A stretch of 64,000 bases of DNA from a virus, in IMG/VR virus record IMGVR_UViG_3300017917_004222, positions 83,840-147,839 of that record; one strand, written 5' to 3'. Shown piece after piece: positions 11,101 to 19,824 of the stretch. Position 1 is the first letter of the stretch, and each line of letters starts with the position of its first letter. Below the pieces are notes generated by a model. It saw only the letters and a program-made list of their open reading frames with translations, was not told where the DNA came from and did no database searches. The translations under genes were made by a program, and so were the position numbers.

Positions 11101-13116
11101 ATTTTTACATCAACTGATGGCATCACATGGACCAGCCGCACTTCGGGCACCACCAACAACTTGTTGGCAGTGACTTGGAGTGGAACACAGTTTGTGGCGG
11201 TGGGTGTGTCGGGCACAATTCGTACTAGTCCAGACGGCACCACCTGGACCACTAGAACCTCGGGTACCACTACAACATTTCAGTCAGTAACATGGTCAGG
11301 CAGTTTATTTGTGGCCGTAGGCAACTCGGGAATGATTCGTACCAGTCCCGATGGCATCACTTGGACAGTTCGCACGTCGGGGACCTCTAACACTTTGACA
11401 TCAGTGGTGTGGACTGGCAGCCAGTTTGTGGCAGTTGGCGCTTCGGGCACGGCTCTCACCAGCACTAACGGCATCTCTTGGACCATTAGATCCACAGGAA
11501 CCACCAACCAATTGAACGGTGTGGCTTGGAGTGGAAGTCAGCTGGTGGCAGTGGGATCACTGTCTACAATAATAACATCCACCGATGGCATCACATGGCA
11601 ACGTGTAAATCTCGGTAGTGAAGCGTCTGGTACTGGTGTGGCATGGGTCAACAGTCAATTCTTAACTGTGGGGCCCAGCGGGTTCGTTGCCACATCAGCC
11701 AACGGGTCTAGTTGGACAGTGAGGTCCTACAATCCCAGCCTCAGTACGCTGAACACAGTTGTGTGGTCAGGATCGAAGTTGGTAATTGGAAGCGTAAACG
11801 GGCGGGTATCAAACAGCAGTAATGGAATCAACTGGCAAACCACGTTCTTGGGTTATCCAACTGACACTAGAGACATAGCGTTTGGTAACGGTCTTTATGT
11901 TGCTGTTAATGTTGGATCTGTTTTCACAAGCACTGATGGTGTAAATTGGACATTTGTGCCTATTTTTGGGACCTCATCCACCAACCTAAATGCAGTGGTC
12001 TGGAGTGGCACTCAGTTTGTGGTTGTGGGTTCCACAGGCACAATTGTCACCAGTACCGATGGTGCCACCTGGACCATTAGAACCTCGGGCACTGTGCAGA
12101 ATCTCAGCGGGGTGGTATGGAGTGGTACTCAATTTGTGGCCGTGGGGGTTAGCACTATTCTCACCAGCCCCGATGGTGTCACTTGGACTTCAAGAACCCC
12201 GGCTGCTTCCACTAGTTTTTTTGATGTATCGTGGTCAGGCAACCGATTCATAGCGGTGGGTCTCGACACGCTTATCACCACCAGCACTGACGGCATCTCT
12301 TGGATTGTAACCAAAACCAATCAGTCTTTGCTGGATACTGCTTATGCATCCTCTCTTGGTCGTATTGTGTCTGTGGGCAGCAACGGTGATGTGATGACCT
12401 CTGCTGACGGAATCACATGGACTGGTCGCGTGTCGGGCACAACCAATCAGTTGAGAAGATTGACCTGGACCGGCAGCCAGTTTGTGGCAGTAGGCGCGTC
12501 GGGCACAATTCGCACCAGTCCCGATGGCATCACTTGGACAGCTCAAACATCGGGAACTGCCAACTCTTTGATCGGAATTGCTTGGAGTGGTAGTTTATTC
12601 GTGGTTGTGGGCAACACAGGTACAATCATTACCAGTCCAGATGGCGTGACCTGGACCACCAGAACTTCAGGTACCACTGCCCAATTGTTTGATGTGGCCT
12701 GGGGCGGCGGCCAATTTGTAGCAGTGGGAGTAGCAGGGACAGTGCTTACCAGTCCAGACGGTGTGACCTGGACGTTACGAAATTCGGGATTAGCCAACGC
12801 GGCCCTGTCAAGAATAATTTGGGACGGTACTAGATTTTTAGCAGTGGCTTCCATATTGTATTACAGTACTGATGGTATCACATGGCAAACATCAGCACCT
12901 CAAGACTCGGCATCGATAATATTGGGAGGCCTAACAAGTGGCAATCAGATTGTTGCCGTGGGCAGTAGTGGTCGCATTTATGTGTATACCGGAGTCTCAT
13001 CCTGGACCAGGACACTAGCAACGCTCACTGGCGGCGAACTCAACTCAGTTCTCTGGACTGGTACACAATACGTAGCCACTGGACAAACTGCTGCAATACT
13101 AACCAGCAACAACTAA
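8104..13116 (+). CDS. Giant Asp-box/BNR beta-propeller repeat protein (putative adhesin/receptor-binding protein), 1670 aa
   Basis: About 41 S-x-D-G-x-T-W boxes in ~39-aa repeats (SGTTxxLNxVxWSGxQFVAVGxxGTIxTSPDGxTWT). Confidence 0.85.
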   Translation: MLTIPSQLLLGAGASEPAPTPGQNWIPRMPGVSAFNVKSTYSPELGIFVVVGANGTVLTSPDNLAWTRQISGTSFQLNDVVWSGTQFVAVGNTGTIITSPDGVTWTARTSGTTVTLNGVSWSGTQFVIAEAFSARFITSTDGITWQRVQFSQPYAGMVYVSSSNLFVSVGTFGVIQTSPDGDTWTIRTSPTSQTLNSVAWNGSILVAVGNSGTIVTSPDGVTWTARTSNTNVTLSSVTWSSSNNQFVVVGNSGTVLTSPDGVSWTSQLLGQSILDVTYAPTLNTFLAVGTIGLIATSTDGATWTPQQPATLNQLNGVTWSGSQFVAVGNSGTILTSPDGTTWTLRTSGTTAILTSVVWGNNIFVATAFGQVFTSPDGITWTPRTVSSGNQFTNITWSGTQFVAVGNTGIVATSPDGVTWKVVGHSNTLLGNIAYSSSLGVFVSVGANGTILRSTDGNFWERQVSGTANQLNSVIWNGTNFVAVGNTSTVLISPDGITWTLRGAAAQDVLWIAQSPSLMVAVGTTGMISTSTDGQAWTGRVTGTTNRMTSVAWSGSQFAAVGAGGTVRTSPDGITWTAQTSGTTSQFQGVVSSGSQFVAVGAGGMISTSPDGVTWTVRTSGTANQLNSVTWSGTQFAAVGATGTIVTSPDGITWTTRTSGTTVSLNGVSWIGSQFVAVGATGTILTSTDGVTWTLKYQGITNNLLGITWDGAQFVAVGATGIIRTSPDGVTWTTQSSGVSTQLSGIAWTGTTLVAVGAPGVIRTSPDGITWSGRASATTTTLNRVVWSPQQFLLVAVGALAVTTRSPTSNGDGWIAQPTGTSSNLVGVTWSGTQFVAVGASGTVSTSTDGAAWILRTSGTTSQLNSVVWSGTQFVAVGNTGTIVTSTDGAAWILRTSGTTSQLNSVVWTGTRFVAVGVSGVIRASDDGSTWTGPFYSQNLTYTPVYASSLGLYVATGAGGTIITSPDATSWTTRTVATTLELYMTAWSGTTLVVVGQSGVIFTSTDGITWTSRTSGTTNNLLAVTWSGTQFVAVGVSGTIRTSPDGTTWTTRTSGTTTTFQSVTWSGSLFVAVGNSGMIRTSPDGITWTVRTSGTSNTLTSVVWTGSQFVAVGASGTALTSTNGISWTIRSTGTTNQLNGVAWSGSQLVAVGSLSTIITSTDGITWQRVNLGSEASGTGVAWVNSQFLTVGPSGFVATSANGSSWTVRSYNPSLSTLNTVVWSGSKLVIGSVNGRVSNSSNGINWQTTFLGYPTDTRDIAFGNGLYVAVNVGSVFTSTDGVNWTFVPIFGTSSTNLNAVVWSGTQFVVVGSTGTIVTSTDGATWTIRTSGTVQNLSGVVWSGTQFVAVGVSTILTSPDGVTWTSRTPAASTSFFDVSWSGNRFIAVGLDTLITTSTDGISWIVTKTNQSLLDTAYASSLGRIVSVGSNGDVMTSADGITWTGRVSGTTNQLRRLTWTGSQFVAVGASGTIRTSPDGITWTAQTSGTANSLIGIAWSGSLFVVVGNTGTIITSPDGVTWTTRTSGTTAQLFDVAWGGGQFVAVGVAGTVLTSPDGVTWTLRNSGLANAALSRIIWDGTRFLAVASILYYSTDGITWQTSAPQDSASIILGGLTSGNQIVAVGSSGRIYVYTGVSSWTRTLATLTGGELNSVLWTGTQYVATGQTAAILTSNN
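10636..10824 (+). repeat. Exact 72-nt direct repeat, period 117 nt, within the propeller gene
   Basis: 10636-10707 is identical to 10753-10824 (accagtactgatggtgccgcg...gtggtctgg). Confidence 0.9.
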
Positions 13117-13130
13117 TTTAAGGACAAAGC

Positions 13131-13688
13131 ATGTATCTAAAGATCACACAAAACCAAATGGTATACCCGTATGATGTTTCGCTCCTGCGAACTGAACACC
13201 CAAATGTGTCATTTCCGTCGGACTACAAAACCAATTATGCACTGCTGGCAGAGTTTGGAATACACTGGGCGACCGAAACCCCGCCGCCCCAAGTTGACAA
13301 ATTCACCCACCGGGTTCAAGCAACAGACCCAGCCGAAGTCAACGGTGAGTATGTTCAGCAGTGGCAGGTTATAGAACTCTCGGAGCAAGAACAGCAAGAC
13401 AAAATACGTGCGGCTCAGCGTGAGTTTGAAGCACTGGTGCAAGAACGGCTGAATGCATGGGCCATGCAGAAGGGCTACAACGGCATTGAGTCAGCTGTGT
13501 CTTACGTGTACAGCAAAGTAGCTAAATTCGCCGAAGAAGCAAGATATGCAGTTGATATGCGAGATGCTATGTGGGCTAAATTGTACGAGATATTTGATCA
13601 AGTGAATCAGGGCCAACGAGCCATGCCGCGATCACTTGCTAAAATCGAATCTGAGTTGCCAACCTTGACCTGGGACACCGCAGAATAA
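13131..13688 (+). CDS. Tail fibre assembly-like protein
   Basis: AAGGA RBS. 'YPYDVSLLRTEHPNVSFP', 'QQWQV' and 'ELPTLTW' are typical of fibre-adjacent chaperones. Confidence 0.6.
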   Translation: MYLKITQNQMVYPYDVSLLRTEHPNVSFPSDYKTNYALLAEFGIHWATETPPPQVDKFTHRVQATDPAEVNGEYVQQWQVIELSEQEQQDKIRAAQREFEALVQERLNAWAMQKGYNGIESAVSYVYSKVAKFAEEARYAVDMRDAMWAKLYEIFDQVNQGQRAMPRSLAKIESELPTLTWDTAE

Positions 13689-13700
13689 CTGCCACAGTGG

Positions 13701-14132
13701 TCAACTGATGCTGTGTTCCACCTGTTGCAGCTTGGCCTGCACAGCATCCACATTCACAGTGTTCCACAGGCCTGGGTGCAAGGGCCTGGGCCAATGCCCA
13801 CGATCTATCCAAGCCCAGCCCAGGTGCTCGTGATTGAGAACCGGCACAAACTCCGAATCCACCACGCACACCCAGGTGTGATATTCAAACATGCCATCGG
13901 CGCTGGTGAATTTTTCCAGGGGAACCAAGCGTTGGTAATCGGGGAAGAAGCCCAGCTCTTCTGTGCACTCTCGCTCCATGCCGCCCAGCAGGGTTTCGTT
14001 GAGTTCCAGTTTGCCCCCGGGCAAGGCCCAGGTGCTGGGGTGCCGTGGATCGTTGCGCAACAAGAACAGGTAGCGTCCGGTTGCTGCGCTCTTGAACAGC
14101 ACACCAACCGCTTTCAAAGTACCAGACTCCAA
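13701..14132 (-). CDS. NUDIX hydrolase
   Basis: Nudix box 'GGKLELNETLLGGMERECTEELGF'. Start is probably TTG at 14132 or 14117, overlapping the upstream gene end. Confidence 0.85.
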   Translation of the reverse strand: MESGTLKAVGVLFKSAATGRYLFLLRNDPRHPSTWALPGGKLELNETLLGGMERECTEELGFFPDYQRLVPLEKFTSADGMFEYHTWVCVVDSEFVPVLNHEHLGWAWIDRGHWPRPLHPGLWNTVNVDAVQAKLQQVEHSIS

Positions 14133-15517
14133 AGGCCGCCGGGATAGACTCCTTGGTAACTCTTGATCCATGCCTCTCCGGTCCATTTGTATTGTGTTCC
14201 TGTGGTGATGTTGGTAACGTATTGAATGTCTTGCTGGTTTGTGCTGGCAAACACCACACGCCATCTTGTGCCATCGTACTCGATGATGTCGTTGGCCTGG
14301 GCCACCAAGGGCTGCCCTAGATCCCCGCGCCAGGCTTGGGGATTGTATGCGTTTATTGTAGCACCAGTGGGTTCAGTTAGCAAGTATCGTGTGCCAGCCG
14401 CAGCAGGCGGCAGCCCGTTGTCGGGTCCACTCACTTGAGGATCAATAATGGCATCAATTGGTGCCAGGGTATTTTGCGGAGCAGTATCTGGATCTGGCGA
14501 GAATATGATCAAGCGGGTGTCATTGGGATCCACAACAAACGTACCCACAATGGGAGACTCGTCGTTTTGGTCTCTGAACAGTCGAATTTGACTCACACCT
14601 GGGCGGTATACCCCGTATGCATCCAGCAGCGCTGGCCACAACAGCGGACTGTCGCCCACAATTTCGGTGGGAGTCAGTGTGTCTAGGCTGCCGTTGGGTA
14701 CCACAGCAGGGGCATACAAGCACTGAATCTTGTTGTCAATCACCACCAGTTTGTAGTTCCAGGGAGTGACCATGACTCGAGTGCCCAGCAACAGATCATT
14801 GTTGGTGATGGCGTCGCGCAGGTCGCCTTGAGCATCGTAGATGCCGGCCACGATGCGCTCTACCACACCCAGCTTCTTGACCTTGGCCGGAGCGCTGATC
14901 CAAATGGGAATGTTGAATCTCAGGGTGGCAATGTCAATGGGATTTTCAGTACCAGTGGGTATGGTTCTTGACGTCCAGGTTGTGGATTCAAGCTCAACTA
15001 CCGAGAGACTGGTCCAGTCAATATAGTTGTCGGTGCTCTGTACTTCCAGGCTGGGGTTGAACAAGGTCACAATCTGTTCCAGCAGTTGAAACTTTTGATT
15101 GGTGTTTGAAGTCCAAATATCCAAATTGATGGTGAGTTTGTAAGGCACTGGCATCAGCCGCTCGATTGTGAATGCATTGCCCTGTGTGGTTTCGTATGTT
15201 TCGGTCACGGGATCGTAAGTTCGCTGCCGTACATGCATCTTGCTCACATGATACGGCTCTTGCATCCTGGGGCGATCGTAGTCAAACCCAGTGATGTAGA
15301 AAGTCATGAGCGGTGTACTGGGCAGGTTGTTGGCCGAGTTTTCTTGCAGAATAGTTTGCGCATTGCGGCTGGCATCGCCGTAGCGAATGGGCACACGAAT
15401 CAGTGCAGCAGCCTGGGTATTGGGATCGATGCCATACTCCACTTGAAACCCGCTGAAGATTCGAGTGAACTGCAGCAGGAAACGTCGGATTTGTTCGTCG
15501 TAAAAGAAGGCTTGAAT
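14114..15517 (-). CDS. Tail sheath stabiliser/terminator (T4 gp15-like), probable ATT start
   Basis: 'FFYDEQIRRFLLQF..RVPIRYG..MPVPY..DIWT..QLLEQIVTLFNPS' is gp15-like. AAGGAG lies 7 nt before an ATT at 15517. Confidence 0.7.
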   Translation of the reverse strand: MQAFFYDEQIRRFLLQFTRIFSGFQVEYGIDPNTQAAALIRVPIRYGDASRNAQTILQENSANNLPSTPLMTFYITGFDYDRPRMQEPYHVSKMHVRQRTYDPVTETYETTQGNAFTIERLMPVPYKLTINLDIWTSNTNQKFQLLEQIVTLFNPSLEVQSTDNYIDWTSLSVVELESTTWTSRTIPTGTENPIDIATLRFNIPIWISAPAKVKKLGVVERIVAGIYDAQGDLRDAITNNDLLLGTRVMVTPWNYKLVVIDNKIQCLYAPAVVPNGSLDTLTPTEIVGDSPLLWPALLDAYGVYRPGVSQIRLFRDQNDESPIVGTFVVDPNDTRLIIFSPDPDTAPQNTLAPIDAIIDPQVSGPDNGLPPAAAGTRYLLTEPTGATINAYNPQAWRGDLGQPLVAQANDIIEYDGTRWRVVFASTNQQDIQYVTNITTGTQYKWTGEAWIKSYQGVYPGGLWSLVL

Positions 15518-15537
15518 TTTGATTCTCCTTGATAGTG

Positions 15538-16908
15538 TCAGCTACTGGGCTGCCCAGGCTGTGTACCCGGCCTTGGTCTAGACGGCTTGTTGCCGCCTGC
15601 ATCGCCGTTGTCAGCACGAGGCTTGAGAATTTCGCTGAGACTCTGACGGCTGGGAATGTTGCCCTGGTCAGTAGTGGGCACTGTGTAACTGTTGTTCACA
15701 AAGCCCGAACGCAAGGTGTTGTTGTTTGGACCGTTGTCAAGATTGGTTCGCACCTTTTCTTCGATCTTGATCCAAGTGGATCCGTTGTAACGGAACAGAC
15801 GATTGGGGAAGTAATCCAAACGCAAGCAGTAGTCGCCGGCCACTGCATTGGGCGGAAAGCTCACACCTGGAGTCACTGGCAATCCGTTGGGAGGAATGCC
15901 GTCGCCTGTGAGGTAACCGGCTGTGTAACCATCGCTGCGCGGAGTCACGTTCATACCGCCCTGTGTGCCATCCACTGTGTCGGTATCTTCAGTTGTGAGA
16001 GAAACAGGGTTAGCCGGCTGCCCATCCACTGTGGTGGGCTCGATGTAGAACGACACAGTGTCGTAGCCACTTAGTGGTACCTCCACGTTGGCTTGTGTGA
16101 CAATGGCATCGTTCAGTGCAGTGTCTTTGGCTCTGGTACCTTGCACTTCGCTGATGGTGGGCGGAGTGTATTCAGTCCAGTAACTGGGGTTGGAGATTTC
16201 AACGCCGGCAGGTACGTTTTGTGTGGCACGATAGTACACATCGCTGGAGTTCACAATGCTGCCAGCAGGATAGTAGTCACCCGGATCCCAGATGTATTCG
16301 CTCACAAACGGGCGATTGGTAATGGAGTTGTATTCTTGCGAGTCTGTCAATGGCGTGGCCTTTACTCTCCACAGGTGCGGAAGCCATGTTTGCGAGAACC
16401 CCTCGCTGGCAAATGCAGCATCCTGTATCACATAGTATTTGGGCAGGGGCAGCATGGCAGGGTTCAAGGGATTGTAATCCTTGAGATTGGGCAGTTCCAG
16501 CACATCACCGTTCATGAGCTTGCGCCCAATGGTGTCGATCATGCTGTTGTAGTGGAATGTGATAAACAGGGTGTCGTTGTTGAGAAACAGGCCAAACTGA
16601 CTGAGGTCAAAGTCCACGTCTTGTTGGTTGTAAACACCTCGCATGACATACACATCAGGCGCATACACCCGATCGCGGTTTTCCAACAGCAGCAAGTCTT
16701 GGATGTTCAACACGCTTTGTTCTTCGTACACCGGCTGTGTGGCATCAGCATTGCCCGAAAATGCCGAATCCTCGCCCCCAGTTTGTGGACCTATGTAGCG
16801 ATGAACATAGATATCCAGTCCGCCCACGGTGTATTGTTCTCTTATCGTCCGGTCAAGAAACTGGTAGTCTCTTGTGCGGTTAGGCCGCCACAAACTTAAT
16901 CTTGGCAT
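15538..16908 (-). CDS. Neck/head-completion protein (T4 gp14-like)
   Basis: 'FDLSQFGLFLNNDTLFITFH..GRKLMNGDVLELP' resembles gp14, and the gene lies directly upstream of the gp15-like gene. Confidence 0.6.
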   Translation of the reverse strand: MPRLSLWRPNRTRDYQFLDRTIREQYTVGGLDIYVHRYIGPQTGGEDSAFSGNADATQPVYEEQSVLNIQDLLLLENRDRVYAPDVYVMRGVYNQQDVDFDLSQFGLFLNNDTLFITFHYNSMIDTIGRKLMNGDVLELPNLKDYNPLNPAMLPLPKYYVIQDAAFASEGFSQTWLPHLWRVKATPLTDSQEYNSITNRPFVSEYIWDPGDYYPAGSIVNSSDVYYRATQNVPAGVEISNPSYWTEYTPPTISEVQGTRAKDTALNDAIVTQANVEVPLSGYDTVSFYIEPTTVDGQPANPVSLTTEDTDTVDGTQGGMNVTPRSDGYTAGYLTGDGIPPNGLPVTPGVSFPPNAVAGDYCLRLDYFPNRLFRYNGSTWIKIEEKVRTNLDNGPNNNTLRSGFVNNSYTVPTTDQGNIPSRQSLSEILKPRADNGDAGGNKPSRPRPGTQPGQPSS

Positions 16909-17600
16909 GTTGGATCCTTTGCTCGCATGCAGTTATTATTGTGCCATCTTTCAAGATTTGATTTCCCGCCAACAGTCTTGCCACAATGCTGGCAGACATA
17001 TTTTGGTTTTGGTGCACGAAGTTTCATTAGGGTGGCATCGGTGTGTGTTTTTCCGAAAAACGAATTATCGACCCCAGTTTTTCTTACACCGTAAAAATGA
17101 TTGTTCACCCCGGATTGATGTGGTCTTTTCTCTCCCTTGCGTCGCTGGTTGATCGCAATCATGTTATTGCGTCTAATGGCTTTTTTGTCATCGCCTTCAC
17201 TTTGGGCGCGGGCTTGTGCAGAGATTTTTAACTTTTCAATCCATTCGTCGGTGAATTTTCTGCCTTTAAGAGATGAGTTTAACGACTCTCTAAGGTTCTG
17301 ATAAACTCGAGAACCAACTTTGTATCTGTCTTGTTTGGTGTTATTGCTATGCATCATTTTCTTGCATGCGTACACCATTTTTCTTTTAGGTTCCCCAGTT
17401 ACCATCTTAGTAAGCAACCAGTGAGCAATAAAATGCTCGCGAGCTGTTAACCTAACCAAATTCTCTGTATTATCGCTACCACCAAGTGACTTGGGGATGA
17501 TGTGATGGCACTCGGAATAACACTCGTTGGGCAACTGACGTCCTTGTGCTCGGACAATTATTTGGTAGTACCACTGAGTATATTTGTTATCACTGAACAT
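16896..17600 (-). mobile_element. HNH homing endonuclease with NUMOD3-like C-terminal motifs
   Basis: 'ECHHIIPKSLGGSD..NLVRLTAREHFIAHWLL' and 'NSFFGKTHT'. AT-rich, with TAAATA 7 nt upstream of the ATG. Confidence 0.85.
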
Positions 17601-17625
17601 AGTGGTGTATTTAGCAACCGCTTGG

Positions 17626-17654
17626 TTGCTCAAAATCCTCACATGCGCTATAAT
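17626..17654 (+). promoter_or_regulatory. sigma70-type early promoter
   Basis: TTGCTC-17 nt-TATAAT. Confidence 0.75.
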
Positions 17655-17686
17655 ATGGTTTTGCAGCAACAAACCCCAGGATCACC

Positions 17687-17923
17687 ATGCCACAGTTCTA
17701 CACAGACCAACAGGTGCGTGATCACGCACAGGCACAGGGCCTGCATGCCCGCAGCACTGAACAGGAAATCCGTGCAGCGTTCCCCGATCTGCCAGCTGAA
17801 AGCGAAGTTTTTGGGCCCGAGGGGCGCCTGCGCATGGTTGACGGCATTCCGGGTTGGGTCAGCCCCCGTGCCGCACGCCCGGTTGACCATAAATCCGCCC
17901 TGTGCTACAATACAAGTTACTAA
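17687..17923 (+). CDS. Hypothetical early protein
   Basis: 78-aa ORF after a sigma70 promoter, AGGA RBS. Confidence 0.5.
   Translation: MPQFYTDQQVRDHAQAQGLHARSTEQEIRAAFPDLPAESEVFGPEGRLRMVDGIPGWVSPRAARPVDHKSALCYNTSY
17883..17911 (+). promoter_or_regulatory. sigma70-type early promoter
   Basis: TTGACC-17 nt-TACAAT with TGn extension. Confidence 0.75.
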
Positions 17924-17950
17924 ACAACTGAACCCTTTCAAGGAAACCAC

Positions 17951-18493
17951 ATGACACTGCGTTCTTTCTCCCACCCTGGTCTGGTTGATTACAAGTATGA
18001 CACTGAAAAGCGTCAGGTCATCAGCTACAAGGTCAATGCCGCCGGTCAACCCCGCGCCTGGAGCTTTGACAACAGTCGCATCGCTCGCATGGGCCTGCGC
18101 ACTCGCAGCGGCAGCACGGTGAACATCCGTCGGGACCAGATCGAGCAACACCTTGTTCCGGAAGCTCGCAAAACCACTGTGACCCGCATTGGCAGCGCCA
18201 CCCAGCGCCAGATCAACGAAGCCCGCGACATCCGTGCCAAGATCAACTCTGGTGCCACTGTGACCAACAACCTGGACTTGCTCAAGCCCGACTTTGAATA
18301 CGTGCTGTTCAGCGTGAAAAACCAGTGCAGCCAGTATTTCTTCCGTGGCACTTCGGTGGGCGATGCTCTGCGCATGTTTGCACGTCGTGGCGAACACATC
18401 GCGCCCAGCGACATTCGCATCCTCAACACCCGCACCAACACGGTGACGGAACTGCAAACCCAGGTGATCACCACCTACGTGCTGGCTGCGTGA
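17951..18493 (+). CDS. Hypothetical early protein
   Basis: 180 aa, AAGGA RBS, strongly biased codon usage. Confidence 0.7.
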   Translation: MTLRSFSHPGLVDYKYDTEKRQVISYKVNAAGQPRAWSFDNSRIARMGLRTRSGSTVNIRRDQIEQHLVPEARKTTVTRIGSATQRQINEARDIRAKINSGATVTNNLDLLKPDFEYVLFSVKNQCSQYFFRGTSVGDALRMFARRGEHIAPSDIRILNTRTNTVTELQTQVITTYVLAA

Positions 18494-18496
18494 TAC

Positions 18497-18523
18497 ACAC
18501 TGCCCGGAGATCCCGGGCAGTGT
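18497..18523 (+). terminator. Stem-loop after early gene
   Basis: 11-bp stem acactgcccgg/ccgggcagtgt, no clear U tract. Confidence 0.5.
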
Positions 18524-18529
18524 CACGAC

Positions 18530-18558
18530 TTGACCCAAAATGGCAGGTGTGCTATAAT
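18530..18558 (+). promoter_or_regulatory. sigma70-type early promoter
   Basis: TTGACC-17 nt-TATAAT with TGn extension. Confidence 0.8.
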
Positions 18559-18588
18559 TACAGTGTTGACAACAAGGAGCCATCAAAC

Positions 18589-19731
18589 ATGAAAAGCACT
18601 GCAACAGTTCGAGCCCTGAATCCCCGCAATCCGGACACCAAATACATGGGCAACGAGCCCACTTGGGAAGTCCAGCCCACTGCGGGCCGCATCACTGCCA
18701 TGAGCCGTGCCTTCAACTGGTACAACTACTTCTACGGCAAAAAGGATGCCAAGGACTTTGTGGCAGCTTGGTTGGACAGCCAGGGTCGCACTGCAGATGC
18801 CAAGAAGATTCGTGCACTGTCTGACAGCCAGGTGCGAGCCACCACTGGCTGGTTGTGCCGCATGGTCATGGTGGGTCTGGAACTGACTGAAGCGGAAAAG
18901 GTCAAGCTGTTGGCATCTGTGTCTGAACTCCTGATCAAGCACGATGAGCCCGCTGCAGAGGCTGAAGTGGTCAGCACCGAACCCGAAACACCGCGAGTGA
19001 CCATTCAGGATCGCCTGCGTGAAAAGGTCAGTGAGTGCCTGGGCGAGCTGGACGGCTTGTTTGATGACTTTTTGGCGGCAGGCGCCAAGATGAGTGCAGA
19101 TTACAAGCCCATTGCCACCATCCGTGGCATGAACGTGGCTCCGCAAATGATCAGCATGATCAGCGATCGTTGGAAGCAACGCCTGGCTGAATTCGAAGCG
19201 GTGCAAGCGGGCAAAGATGCCCAACTGGCGGAAGGCTATGGCAACTGGAGCAAGATCCAGGTGCGCAACATTGTCAAGTTCTGCGAGACTGTGGTGTCTG
19301 ACTGCGGCGCATACGTGCAGATCAAGAAGGTGGAACGCAAGCCCCGCAAGGTCAAGCCCATCACTCCGGAAAAACAAGCCAGCCGATTCAAGATCTGCGC
19401 TGAGTTTGCCGAACTCAAGCTCCGCAGCCTGCCAGCTGCACAGTTGGTGGACAAGACCGAAGCCTGGTTGTATGACAGCAAAAAGCGCAAGTTGATCCAC
19501 TTGGTGGCTGACGAATACACCAAGACCTTCACTGTGAAAAACAACGCGGTGATTGGGTTCAGCACCACCGAAACTCAGCAGAAGACGCTGCGCAAACCTG
19601 CAGAAACGCTCAAATCCATCATGACCAGTGGCAAGCCCAGCTGCCGCAAGGTGTTCAAAGACATCAAGGCCACTGAAACTGCCTGGAACGGGCGTGGCAC
19701 TGAGAATCTGCTGGTGCTGCGAGTCTGGTAA
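18589..19731 (+). CDS. Hypothetical early protein (380 aa)
   Basis: AAGGAG RBS before ATG 18589; the ORF-track extension to 18325 is unlikely. Confidence 0.75.
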   Translation: MKSTATVRALNPRNPDTKYMGNEPTWEVQPTAGRITAMSRAFNWYNYFYGKKDAKDFVAAWLDSQGRTADAKKIRALSDSQVRATTGWLCRMVMVGLELTEAEKVKLLASVSELLIKHDEPAAEAEVVSTEPETPRVTIQDRLREKVSECLGELDGLFDDFLAAGAKMSADYKPIATIRGMNVAPQMISMISDRWKQRLAEFEAVQAGKDAQLAEGYGNWSKIQVRNIVKFCETVVSDCGAYVQIKKVERKPRKVKPITPEKQASRFKICAEFAELKLRSLPAAQLVDKTEAWLYDSKKRKLIHLVADEYTKTFTVKNNAVIGFSTTETQQKTLRKPAETLKSIMTSGKPSCRKVFKDIKATETAWNGRGTENLLVLRVW

Positions 19732-19747
19732 GGTTGGGTGTTTTACA

Positions 19748-19773
19748 AAGTGGCGCTGAATTCAGCGCCACTT
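19748..19773. terminator. Perfect 26-bp palindrome at the early/late boundary
   Basis: aagtggcgctgaattcagcgccactt is its own reverse complement. Confidence 0.6.
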
Positions 19774-19824
19774 CTCACATGTGTTCGGACAGGCACTCCC
19801 ATAAATATAACATTGGAGCGCAAC

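Noticed and set aside
1055-13116. Diversity-generating retroelement suggested by the Mtd-like N-terminus and by repeats
   Set aside because: No reverse transcriptase in the window, and no repeat pair differing only at adenines was seen.
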